Origin: Planctomycetota bacterium
Lineage (GTDB): Bacteria; Planctomycetota; SZUA-567; H5-PLA8
NCBI GenBank assembly: GCA_015075375.1
Contig: JABTUM010000002.1
Span: forward strand, 341,393 to 405,392
Direction: 5' to 3'
DNA: 64,000 nt
Position numbers and translations under genes: made by a program. How positions within the stretch are numbered: the stretch's first letter is position 1; each line of letters starts with the position of its first letter. Shown piece by piece: positions 11,593 through 21,918 of this stretch. The notes beneath the pieces were generated by a model. It made no database searches. It was not told the origin of the DNA and was given only the letters and a program-made list of their open reading frames with translations.

Positions 11593-11936
11593 AATAACAA
11601 ACCCGCGCCCGAAGGTTTCGATAAAACCTCGCCACATCAACGACTTGCATGCGCATGTGCAGGTGGTGCACGATCGCGCAGGCTTTACCGTTGTGCTCGA
11701 GAGAACCTGAGTGGCCGAAGTTTGATGAGGTGAGGCGTCTTAGGGTTCCAATACGCACGACTGAGGTTGTGAAGAGTGGGAATCGGAGCCTGCGCTCAAG
11801 ATACGAATACACTCACGGCCGTTCGGGCCAAGCTAGATCTGAAGGGGGTTCGTGAGTCTACGGCGCAAGTCCCCGCAAGCAGATGCCGAAGAAGCGATTG
11901 GAGACAAAGCCTAAGGTCTGAGCACCTTTCCAGAGA

Positions 11937-13859
11937 TTATTCTACGGGCTCTGTTTCGATCCACTTCAAGGCCGGTTCCTTGCCCGTGGCGATCTTCCAG
12001 GAACGGTCCATCTGCGCGCCGGCCGGATACACATGCGACTCGGTCTTTTCCTGGCCGTCTTCCGTCCAGCAATAGGTGACTTTAGTTCGAGCGGTGTTGG
12101 GGGCTGCGTAAACCGCGGAGAATTGGCCCATCTGGTAGTACTTGCCCATGTTGTTGCTGATGCGAATCAGCACCTCGTTCAGTTGGTCGCCGGAGATATC
12201 CTTGGTGCCGAAGAAGAAGGTCTGCGACCAGGTATCCGGAGGGTTGTAGGGCTCCGGCGGATTGATGCGCCAATCGTCCTTCAAAAGGCTCCAATTCTTT
12301 CCATCCTTCGAGTATTCGGCCTTGAAGGCCAATTCAGGCTTGGGTGGGCACCCCGTGGGAGAACGAGTAGCCCAGCAGACGGTTTGGATTTTCTCTCCGC
12401 GCGGCGTCTTGAGTTTGACGGTGAACGAAGGCCCGCCCAGCGAACCTTCGACGATATGCCGGGACAGCGCTTCGGCTTGCGGGCCGACGGTTTCCACGGC
12501 CAAGCCCGAAGAATTAAACGTGATCTGCGTGCCGTCGGACTTCAGGTGAGGCATGACGTAGCCGCTGGCCATGCAACGGGTGGTGATCACGATCCCTTGG
12601 TCGGCCAGATTTTTAGGTGCGGTCATGAACTGCAGCCAGTAACGGTAGTGCCCCTTCACCAGGTCGGACAGATCCAGACCGTCTTTGAAATCCACCGGTT
12701 CGGAAAAGGTCTTCATGCCGTCGGTGGACACGCGGACTTGGCAGGCTGCTCGGCCTTGGAGCACCAGCCCCAGCGTAGCACCGGGGTCGGTGCAATTTTT
12801 GGTGGAAGGTTTGACGCCGATGACGAACGGCGACTGGTGCTGGAAAGTCACCGATTGGTCGTCCTCCGCGGCCACGGCGGCCTTGTAGGAACCATCCTGA
12901 AAGGAGGGCTTGTAGGTGAATACGGCATTTCCGAAGCGAGCGCGGCGGTTGGGGTCTCGCTCCAATTGGGGACGTGCCGTGGCATTGAAACTTCGGTCTG
13001 GGTCGGTCAGGTAAGTAATGTGGCGGTTCGGGCCATCCAGACCGTCCACGCAGATGCCCCAGAAAACCAGCGTACCTTGCTCCCCCTGGCCCAAGCCGGG
13101 ACGGGGAAACCGGCGCAACGTCTCGCCCGGGCGCAAGTGGACCATCGGAGGGGCTCCGGCGTATCCGGACAGGGGCGCATAGGCCAGCGTCTTCCGATAC
13201 CCTTCACCGTCGCCAGGATAAAGCTCGGGAAGCCAGCCGCGATTATCCTTGGCAGGCCGGTTGGTCAGGTACGCGGCGCGATCGCTGGCGGCCAGTTCCT
13301 CGATATTCATCAACATCTTCTGCTCCTTATCGAAGCAGACGGTGGTGATGTCGCTGTCCAGCAAGACCCACTTTCCGGTGCTGTAGGCGCCGCCCGTAAT
13401 AAAGGCTTCGAAGGACGTATGGCCTTGGACCATCATGCTGCGAGCGCGGGCATGGCCCAGAAGGTATTCCATCTCCGCGGTATATTGAGCGTGATTTTCC
13501 TGGCACATGCCGTGCCCGAAAGAAAACAAGCTGTTCCAATACTCCCGTTCGAATTCGGGCCCGCCCTTTTTGAGTACGTCCGGCAAAGGCAGCGATGTGC
13601 AGTGAAAATAGTGGGTATTCCGCCAGTACCAGCTCGCCAGCGCCTTGTCTTCTTCCTGGTCCGTCTTGCGGCCGGTGACTCGCGTATACAGTTCCGCCTG
13701 GCTCTTGAACAGCCGGTCGAAGGTCGAGCACGAAAGCTCGCCTTGCCAGTAGGGATGGTCGCTCATCAATTGTGGATCGCCCACGCTGCCCGCGGCCCAA
13801 ACGCCGCACGGCGCGCCGAGCAGCACGAAGATCAAGAGCGCCAGGGTCTTGGGTATCAT
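11937..13859 (-). CDS. large secreted hypothetical protein (about 640 aa), Cys/Trp/Tyr-rich, with lower GC than surrounding genes
   Basis: Signal peptide MIPKTLALLIFVLLGAPCGVWAAGS after the internal ATG at 13859. The opposite-strand ORF 12033..13931 is R/G/A-rich shadow. No family recognised. Confidence 0.6.
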   Translation of the reverse strand: MIPKTLALLIFVLLGAPCGVWAAGSVGDPQLMSDHPYWQGELSCSTFDRLFKSQAELYTRVTGRKTDQEEDKALASWYWRNTHYFHCTSLPLPDVLKKGGPEFEREYWNSLFSFGHGMCQENHAQYTAEMEYLLGHARARSMMVQGHTSFEAFITGGAYSTGKWVLLDSDITTVCFDKEQKMLMNIEELAASDRAAYLTNRPAKDNRGWLPELYPGDGEGYRKTLAYAPLSGYAGAPPMVHLRPGETLRRFPRPGLGQGEQGTLVFWGICVDGLDGPNRHITYLTDPDRSFNATARPQLERDPNRRARFGNAVFTYKPSFQDGSYKAAVAAEDDQSVTFQHQSPFVIGVKPSTKNCTDPGATLGLVLQGRAACQVRVSTDGMKTFSEPVDFKDGLDLSDLVKGHYRYWLQFMTAPKNLADQGIVITTRCMASGYVMPHLKSDGTQITFNSSGLAVETVGPQAEALSRHIVEGSLGGPSFTVKLKTPRGEKIQTVCWATRSPTGCPPKPELAFKAEYSKDGKNWSLLKDDWRINPPEPYNPPDTWSQTFFFGTKDISGDQLNEVLIRISNNMGKYYQMGQFSAVYAAPNTARTKVTYCWTEDGQEKTESHVYPAGAQMDRSWKIATGKEPALKWIETEPVE

Positions 13860-13970
13860 GTTCGGATCCTCATGGAAAAAACCGCTGCTCAAACGGCCTC
13901 GACGCTTTCCGGCACGAGGCGCTGGACATAGTACACCGCAATCGCGGCGGAAAAATGGCCGCGGCCTCGA

Positions 13971-15266
13971 ATGGACACAAGTTGGACGGTAAGCGCTTGG
14001 GGCGGAGTCCGGCGCGATTTGTGCCCCGGGTTACGTGCGCCACACCCGCTTGGATACGTGGCGCAAGAGTGGCCGAAAATTCCACTTTCAAAGAGGCCTG
14101 CCCATTTAACAATCGAGTCCGTGGCGACAAAGGATCAAGTGTTCAAGGAACTGTTGCGCCAACTGCACAGACAGGTGCAGGAAGCCTTTGCGCCCGGCGA
14201 ACGATTACCCTCCACTCGCGAACTGGCGGCCGCGCACGGGGTCGCCCGCATGACCATCCAGAACGCGCTGCGCGAACTGAGCAGACAGGGGATGGTTCGT
14301 GCCGTATCCGGCGTGGGCTGGTTTCGGGCGGGGCAGGGAGCGGTGCCCGAAAGCCCGGCGAAGTTGCGGATCGGAATGCTAAGCAAATTGTCGCGGGCCG
14401 ACTGGAACTCGACTGCGCTTATTCAAGAGTTGCTCCAGGAAGGGAGGCGCCGGGGCATGACTCTGGTGGAGTGCCCCAATCCGCACAGCCGATTGACCAC
14501 CCCCGGCCGGCACCGCATTCGGCTCGCTGAAATTCCTTGGAATACTTTCGATATCGGTTTTCTTGTGGAAGCCGCCGAGACCATTGCTGCCGATGCCGAG
14601 AAGCTGCTCGCACATCGCCTGCTGGTCGTCGACCAGGATGCGACGGCGGCGGGCCTCGACAGCGTGGTCTTCGACGACTTCGAAGTCGGCGCGATTGCAG
14701 CGCGGCACCTGTACGAATGGGGACATCGCCGATTTGCGGTGCTCGAAGAGTTCAACCTTCCCGGTAATGCCTGCGATCCCAATTGGGCCGACAGGCGGTT
14801 TGGATTTGAACGAACGGTGGGACAATTGGGCGGGACGATACGGACGCCATGGCGGCTCCCGTATCCGCGCATGCAAGGCTCGACACGGCGCCTGTTCGCC
14901 GATTTCCTGGTGCCGGCCGTCGCCCAATGGGCCGCGTCGCCCCTAGAGCAAAGACCCACCGCCTTTTTTGCCACCTATGAAGCCGTCATCGCTCCCCTCA
15001 TGGAGCAACTGGCGCGGCACGGATTGCGCGTGCCCCGGGACATGTCCATCGTGACGGCGTGGTGGGGAAACGAAAAGCTGGTCGTGAACGGGATCCCCAT
15101 GGCCAGCGTGAATCTGCGGCTTGAGAACCTCGTGAAGCGAAGCTTCGATCTGGCCGAAGAACTCCATTCCGAAAGGTTCAGTCCTGCCATGCGTCAACCG
15201 CGCAGGGTCTGCGCCCCCATCCTGTTTATTCCCGGCGAATCGACCCGTCCGCCCGCTGCGCGCTAA
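13971..15266 (+). CDS. second GntR-HTH / LacI-type binding-domain hybrid transcriptional regulator (paralog of 285..1427)
   Basis: HTH segment KDQVFKELLRQLHRQVQEAFAPGERLPSTRELAAAHGVARMTIQNALRELSRQGMV followed by a LacI/PBP-like domain. The true start may be the GTG near 14120 rather than the ATG at 13971. Confidence 0.75.
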   Translation: MDTSWTVSAWGGVRRDLCPGLRAPHPLGYVAQEWPKIPLSKRPAHLTIESVATKDQVFKELLRQLHRQVQEAFAPGERLPSTRELAAAHGVARMTIQNALRELSRQGMVRAVSGVGWFRAGQGAVPESPAKLRIGMLSKLSRADWNSTALIQELLQEGRRRGMTLVECPNPHSRLTTPGRHRIRLAEIPWNTFDIGFLVEAAETIAADAEKLLAHRLLVVDQDATAAGLDSVVFDDFEVGAIAARHLYEWGHRRFAVLEEFNLPGNACDPNWADRRFGFERTVGQLGGTIRTPWRLPYPRMQGSTRRLFADFLVPAVAQWAASPLEQRPTAFFATYEAVIAPLMEQLARHGLRVPRDMSIVTAWWGNEKLVVNGIPMASVNLRLENLVKRSFDLAEELHSERFSPAMRQPRRVCAPILFIPGESTRPPAAR

Positions 15267-15322
15267 GCGGTCGCGCCGAAAGACCATGAGCGTCTCGGTA
15301 GGGTTAGTCGAGGTTCGGAAAG

Positions 15323-15793
15323 CTATGCAGTTTCATGTTCAATCCTAAAATCTTCATAGACAATATAGCGGCAAGCCCGCTCCGAAAAATATTCGCGCAT
15401 CAAGGGCTTAACTTCGAGATCCCAAGAGAGCTTACCTAGTCCGGCTCCGATTTTCGGCAACCCAATCGATTCGATCTGCTCCTTCTCAGCCCATTTTGCA
15501 AGCTTTCGAAAAGCCTTCCGGACGAGGCTCGCCGTCGCATGGTACATATCCGGTTGAGTTGCAAGATAGATAACGCCAGGGCGCTCATCCGTAGGAGGGC
15601 AAATCCAGATCGTCCCGCCTTTGAAGGAACCAGACCTCGCGAACTTCTTGAAAGAGGCCTGAACATCTGGCCAGCGCTTAGAAATCTTCAGAGCCAACCC
15701 CGTGCCTAATCCCTCTTGATTCCCTTCCGCGACCCCCTGTGCAATGTATTGCGCATTGGATTGCAGAAGATCGCCCGCTACGAACTCAATCAA
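15323..15793 (-). CDS. macro-domain protein of the TARG1/DarG (ADP-ribose-binding / ADP-ribosyl-hydrolase) type
   Basis: 156 aa. The pattern GDLLQ...AQGVAEGNQEGLGTGLALKISKRWPD...GGTIWICPPTDERPGVIYLATQP...IGLPKIGAGLGKLSWDLV...YIVYEDF aligns by eye with TARG1/DarG macrodomain landmarks (GDLF, GIA, FKKK, YIYYL, PRIGCGLDRL). Markedly lower GC than the genome. Confidence 0.75.
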   Translation of the reverse strand: MIEFVAGDLLQSNAQYIAQGVAEGNQEGLGTGLALKISKRWPDVQASFKKFARSGSFKGGTIWICPPTDERPGVIYLATQPDMYHATASLVRKAFRKLAKWAEKEQIESIGLPKIGAGLGKLSWDLEVKPLMREYFSERACRYIVYEDFRIEHETA

Positions 15794-15856
15794 ATATGAG
15801 CCTTTCTATTTCCGTCGACTGCCTGTCATCGGTGTGTGCAGGGGAGAGACATGCCT

Positions 15857-16201
15857 CTAAACTACTCGGCTACCGCCACTTTTTGCACCATAATTCTTGC
15901 CGAATACCTTTTCGGAAACAAAGCCGACCAACAACACTACGCCTACGAAGGCGACTAGATCGATGATCAAGAATACGGGCGTCCACACGGGTTGTTCAAA
16001 CTTACCGTCATATTCAATATAAAAAGGGGTAGGCCAACCCTTAGTGCGGAATGGAATGCCTAGGCGATTACGGTGCTCCGTTCCGATGACATTAAGCCCA
16101 ACCACGACGGCGCCAGCCAGCATCATCAAGATGGCGCTCGGTAGGCTGAAGCGGAGGCGATTAAGCATTGAATGCCATTGCGGGCTTACCGTTCCACGCA
16201 C
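15857..16201 (-). CDS. small hypothetical membrane protein (2 TM), upstream of and co-directional with the macro-domain gene
   Basis: 114-aa ORF with two hydrophobic helices (SAILMMLAGAVVVGLNVIG and VFLIIDLVAFVGVVLLVGFV). Low GC. No motif recognised. Confidence 0.45.
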   Translation of the reverse strand: MRGTVSPQWHSMLNRLRFSLPSAILMMLAGAVVVGLNVIGTEHRNRLGIPFRTKGWPTPFYIEYDGKFEQPVWTPVFLIIDLVAFVGVVLLVGFVSEKVFGKNYGAKSGGSRVV

Positions 16202-16279
16202 CGTCGCCTCTTATTCTTTACAACCTTCCGTCCAAGCCCCCGCCTCAAGTCTACCCTTCACCCTTCACCCTTCACCGGC

Positions 16280-16885
16280 CTACCGCAGGCTCACCTTCGG
16301 CACCGCCTTCTCGGCCTCTTCCGTCTTCCACATCTGGAACTCCTGCCGGAACCCGCACATCCCCGCCACGATGTTCGTCGGAATCTGCTCACGCATCGTG
16401 TCGAAGCGCATCACCGTATCGTTGTAGAACTGCCGCGCGTACGCGATCCGGTTCTCGGTGCTGGTCAGCTCTTCCTGCAGCTCCGAGACGTTCTTGTTCG
16501 CCTTCAGTTCCGGGTAGTTCTCCATCACCACATACAGCCCCCCGAGTGCACGAGTGAGCTGGGTTTCGGCGGCGGCCTGTTGAGCTTGCCCCTGGCCCGA
16601 GGCGGCCATCGCCAAATTGCGCGCCTTCGTCACGTTCTCCAGCGTTTCCTGTTCGAACCCCATGTAGTCCTTCACCACATTCACCAGGTTCGGGATCAGA
16701 TCGTGGCGGCGCTTGAGCTGCACGTCGATCTGGCTCCACTGGTTGCGCACTTCGTTCCGGATCCGCACCAGCCCGTTGTACGAGCCGACGAACCAAGCGA
16801 TGACGACGAGCGTCACCACGGCCAGGACGCCCAGGACGATCCAGACCGGTTCGATTCCCAAGGTCAGCATCGAGACGAAGTTCAT
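16280..16885 (-). CDS. lemA: LemA-family membrane protein
   Basis: Start taken at MNFVSML. An N-terminal TM helix is followed by YNGLVRIRNEVRNQWSQIDVQLKRRHDLIPNLVNVVKDY, the conserved LemA core. The ORF extends upstream to 17059, but that 58-aa extension is unlike LemA N-termini. Confidence 0.8.
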   Translation of the reverse strand: MNFVSMLTLGIEPVWIVLGVLAVVTLVVIAWFVGSYNGLVRIRNEVRNQWSQIDVQLKRRHDLIPNLVNVVKDYMGFEQETLENVTKARNLAMAASGQGQAQQAAAETQLTRALGGLYVVMENYPELKANKNVSELQEELTSTENRIAYARQFYNDTVMRFDTMREQIPTNIVAGMCGFRQEFQMWKTEEAEKAVPKVSLR

Positions 16886-17063
16886 TGCCGCTATCCTCCA
16901 AGGTCCGCCGAACGCCGCCCCGGCCGGTTTCCGGCCAGGTCCTCGATTTTCGGAGCCCACTCGGCCGCAGCCCATCGCCCGGCCGTTCGCCACCCGGACC
17001 TCCGGGTGCAGCCATCTTAACAAGGTGCGTTCGGAGTGCTTTTGGAAAATCGAGGGCATAAAA

Positions 17064-17097
17064 AAAGCCCGACCGGGTTGCGGTCGGGCTTTTTTAA
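17064..17097. terminator. strong bidirectional rho-independent terminator (aaaaaaagcccgaccgggttgcggtcgggcttttttaa)
   Basis: A GC-rich perfect hairpin gcccgacc-gggttgc-ggtcgggc, flanked by an A-run on one side and a T-run on the other. Confidence 0.85.
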
Positions 17098-17753
17098 GAA
17101 GGTCCGTGCGGCACGGGGCGGGGTCAGACCAAAGCCGATTGAACTGCGGATTTGGGGTGAGCCATTAATCGTGGGAAAGTAGACCTTCGTTAAGTACTAC
17201 GGAGGGTCAACTTTGGTCTCTTCCCCGCCCGCGTGTCGCTACTTCGGAACCTCCTTCTGCTTAGGTCAGATCTCATCTGCCCGGCGCCCGCGCGCCGAGC
17301 CCCATCTCTTTTGCTCAGCCTCCCGGATGCCGCCCTTCGGGACGGATGTGGAGGAGGGGTTTCCAAGGACTCCGTCCCTCAGAGCGCCATCCGGGAGAAC
17401 TCATTCTGCTTGTTCAACCATCCTTACTGTTCGGGTCCTGCCTTCCGGACTTAAGGTGCTTTCTTCCTAGTTCTTCAGCAACCCCTGCGCCAGTCTTCGG
17501 TTCTCACCTTATTCAGCGCGTCAATCTCTTCTTTTCAGTGCTTCTACTCCCTAGACAGCCGTACCAGTCGGTTTCTTCAAGCTTTTGAGTTGAACCGCAT
17601 TCTTTCCTGAACTATTTTGCTCCGAAGGTCTTACTAACTTAATCCTAAGTTTTAATCCCTTATGAACAGGTGCTTTGCGTCCGATCTAGGTCTATTCTCG
17701 GTAGTTGCACCCTAACTAAATCACATGGTGAAGACTGTGTCAATATGATTAAC

Positions 17754-17769
17754 AACCAACCGGTTGGTT
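17754..17769. promoter_or_regulatory. perfect 16-bp palindrome AACCAACCGGTTGGTT; candidate operator, possibly for the adjacent TetR-family regulator
   Basis: Seen directly in the sequence. It lies about 90 bp downstream of the tetR-family gene stop and about 10 bp upstream of a minus-strand TTGACA (17743..17738). Confidence 0.4.
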
Positions 17770-17856
17770 TTATTCCGTGTTCTATTTCGAGACAGAGTTG
17801 CGCGTGTGCAATAACTGGGAAATCTAGCGGTTTTTGATTGGCCCGGCAGACTTGCA

Positions 17857-18468
17857 CTAGGTGAGCAATAGTTTCCGAAGCGTTTCCATTGCCCCGTGGA
17901 TCGTCGATTCGTCTTCGGATTTATCCATCAGATAGACGCCGCAGATCGCGCTGGTCACGACGAAGCTTAGGTCGCGCGGGGCGATGTCTTTACGCAGGTC
18001 GCCTTGCTCCTGAGCTTGATGCAGAAGCAATTCCCAGAAGGCCAGCCAGCGGGTCCGGATCTCGTGTACCGTGCGGCCCAGTTCGTCCTGGTCGGGTGAA
18101 AGTTCGCTGCTCCAGGTCGCGAGGAGCTTGCAGTAGGACCAGTCTTTGTTGCGGTGGAGTTCCTCGATCTTGCGCAGCGTCGTCTCGATCTTCTCGCGCG
18201 CTTTCATCTCCTGTTCCAACACGGGGTAGTAGTGCTGGGTGTAGCTGTTACGGATCTCGTCCAGGATGGTGAGCGCCAAGTCTTCTTTGGTGCGCCAGTG
18301 GTGATAGAACGCGCCTTTGGTGATGCGCGCGTCTTCGAAGAGGTCATAAATGCTGGTGTTGTGGTAACCCTTCTGCGTGAAGAGCCTTTTGGCGGTCTGC
18401 AGGATCTGGTCGCGGGTCTGTTCGCCTTTGAGATAGCGGCGCGTGGAAGATCCCGAAGGACTGCTCAT
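17857..18468 (-). CDS. TetR/AcrR-family transcriptional regulator
   Basis: 203 aa. The N-terminal HTH (ILQTAKRLFTQKGYHNTSIYDLFEDARITKGAFYHHWRTKEDL) is characteristic of the TetR family. Confidence 0.85.
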   Translation of the reverse strand: MSSPSGSSTRRYLKGEQTRDQILQTAKRLFTQKGYHNTSIYDLFEDARITKGAFYHHWRTKEDLALTILDEIRNSYTQHYYPVLEQEMKAREKIETTLRKIEELHRNKDWSYCKLLATWSSELSPDQDELGRTVHEIRTRWLAFWELLLHQAQEQGDLRKDIAPRDLSFVVTSAICGVYLMDKSEDESTIHGAMETLRKLLLT

Positions 18469-18590
18469 AGCATCGTTCCGCCGGCTGACTCAGTTGAAAC
18501 AACAGCTTTCCCCTTCTACGGGGAAGATGCCCGAATACAAGCATTTTGACGGCCGCGGACGGGCGCTCGTGAGACCGAACTTGTCCAATT

Positions 18591-18978
18591 TCAGCCCGAG
18601 ACTTCGGGCGCCGCGAGGCTGAACGGCGCGATGCGCGCTTCGAATTCGGCTCCGTCGTCGCGCTGCATGAGGTACGTGCCTTGCATCTGGCCCAAGGGCG
18701 TGCGCAACGGACATGCGCTGGTGTATTCGAACTGCTCGCCGGGCTCCAGATGCGGCTGTTTGCCGACGACGCCGGGCCCGCGGACGTCGTCCCGGGCCCC
18801 GTGGCTGTCGCGGATGACCCAGTGCCGCGAGATGAGCTGCGCGGGGAGCGTGCCCTCGTTGCTGATGCGGACCGTGTACGCGAAGAAGTAATGCTCGCGC
18901 TTGGGATCCGACTCCGAAGCCAGATAGCGGCTCTGCACGCGGATGCGGATGCCTTCGGTCACGGCTTCGGAGGCGTTC
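18591..18978 (-). CDS. apaG: ApaG-domain protein
   Basis: Start at MNASEAV. The sequence IRIRVQSRYLASESDPKREHYFFAYTVRISNEGTLPAQLISRHWVIRDSHG...EPGEQFEYTS matches the ApaG (DUF525) family. The upstream extension of the ORF (to 19115) is unlikely to be translated. Confidence 0.75.
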
Positions 18979-19165
18979 ATCGCCTGAAACTCCCGGTAAG
19001 GATGGCAGGAGTCTAACACGCCGGTCCGCCACGCCAACCCCGTGCGATTCCATTCGGAGCACGACTTGCGCCTCCACGCGCGGCGACTACCTTGGTGAGC
19101 TTGCGTCCCGCGCAAGGCCGGGCCGAGACTCGGCGGCGGCGCGGGGCTCCGTGCGAGTTCGATTC

Positions 19166-20704
<1,539 letters not shown>

Positions 20705-20905
20705 CCGCCAGGACTCCAAGGCCGCCCCAATGGTCGACAGCTCAAGCAAAGTAGTAGGGCCGGTTGTTCATGTTGCAAGCCGATGAGCCTGCCCGCCGAG
20801 GCGGTGGACGTGGCACGATGTGACGTGCGGCTTGTCGGAAGTCAACGAGTGCGCCATGCTGCTGCGCGCTTGAATTTGCGATACTGACGCGGTGAATGGG
20901 CTCAG

Positions 20906-21799
20906 GTGAACGGTCTCATGCGCTTTCCCGACTACTTTCGCAACGCGGCCAAGCCGGTGATCAGCTTCGAGGTCTTTCCGCCGAAAACGGACAAGGCATT
21001 CGAGAGCCTGAAGACGATCCTGCCGGAGCTGCTCGCACTGCATCCGTCCTTCATGACCGTCACATACGGCGCGATGGGCACGACGCAGGCGAGGACGCTG
21101 GAGATCGCGGCGCTGATCAAGCGCGAGTACAAGCTGGAAACGGCCAGCCACTTGACTTGCGTGGGCGCGTCACGCACGCAGCTTGACGAGATCCTCGCGA
21201 ACCTGGCGCGGCACGAGATCCACAACATCGTGGCCCTGCGCGGCGATCCGCCGGCGGGGCAGGACGAATTCAAACCGCCGCCAGACGGGCTGGCGCATGC
21301 GAACGAGCTGGTGGCGCATATCCGCGGCTGGTGCGAGCGGACCGGGCATCCGCGCTTCGGGATCGCGGTGGCCGGGTATCCCGAAAAGCACGTGCAGGCG
21401 CCGGACCTCGCGGCCGATCTGCGCAACCTGAAGCGTAAAGTGGATACCGGCGCGGACGTGGTGGTCACGCAGTTATTCTTCGACAACGCGGACTTCTTCC
21501 GATTCGTGGACGATGCGCGGAAGCTGGGCATCACGCAGCCGATCGTGCCGGGGCTGCTCCCGATCCAGTCGGGGAAGCAGATCCAGCGCATCGCGTCGCT
21601 GTGCGGTTCGAAGCTCCCGGAGCCCCTTTTGAAGGAACTGCAGGCGGCGGGCGAGGACGACGAACGCTGCACGCAGATCGGGATCGAGTGGTGCGCGATT
21701 CAGGTGAAGGAGTTGCTTGCGAAGGGTGCGCCGGGCGTCCACTTCTACGTACTGAACAAAGCTCGCCACATGCGCGAGATCATGGCGCGAATCGCGTAG
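20906..21799 (+). CDS. metF: 5,10-methylenetetrahydrofolate reductase
   Basis: 297 aa with ISFEVFPPKT, FMTVTYGAMGTTQ, LTCVGASR and NIVALRGDPP, all classic MetF motifs. Confidence 0.9.
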   Translation: MNGLMRFPDYFRNAAKPVISFEVFPPKTDKAFESLKTILPELLALHPSFMTVTYGAMGTTQARTLEIAALIKREYKLETASHLTCVGASRTQLDEILANLARHEIHNIVALRGDPPAGQDEFKPPPDGLAHANELVAHIRGWCERTGHPRFGIAVAGYPEKHVQAPDLAADLRNLKRKVDTGADVVVTQLFFDNADFFRFVDDARKLGITQPIVPGLLPIQSGKQIQRIASLCGSKLPEPLLKELQAAGEDDERCTQIGIEWCAIQVKELLAKGAPGVHFYVLNKARHMREIMARIA

Positions 21800-21918
21800 G
21801 TTCTTGTACCACAGAGGCCCGGACCAGGGCGTGTTGCTGGTGCTTCGAAGGACACGCGCTACAGGCTCCGTAGCCCATTCGCAGGCAGCTCCGGCTTCAA
21901 TGCTTCGCGGTGAGCGCG

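Noticed and set aside
15323-16201. DarT-DarG toxin-antitoxin pair.
   Set aside because: Only the macrodomain (DarG-like) half is present. The neighbouring ORF is a small membrane protein with no resemblance to DarT/DUF4433.
16886-17059. N-terminal 58-aa extension of the LemA ORF (start at 17059 immediately after the terminator).
   Set aside because: LemA proteins begin with a short N-terminus followed by a TM helix, which matches the internal start MNFVSML. The extension is Gly/Arg-rich and overlaps the terminator hairpin.
17098-17856. SRP RNA, RNase P RNA, tmRNA, group II intron or rRNA fragment in the ORF-free low-GC region.
   Set aside because: A GUCCGGAAGG element was noted, but its pairing does not fit SRP helix 8. 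None of the conserved cores of those RNAs could be found, so it is left as an unidentified non-coding region.
20705-20905. SAH or SAM riboswitch upstream of metF.
   Set aside because: There is only a loose resemblance (a CCGAGG element) and no convincing match to the SAH or SAM-I/II consensus by eye. Infernal would be needed, and I do not claim a riboswitch.
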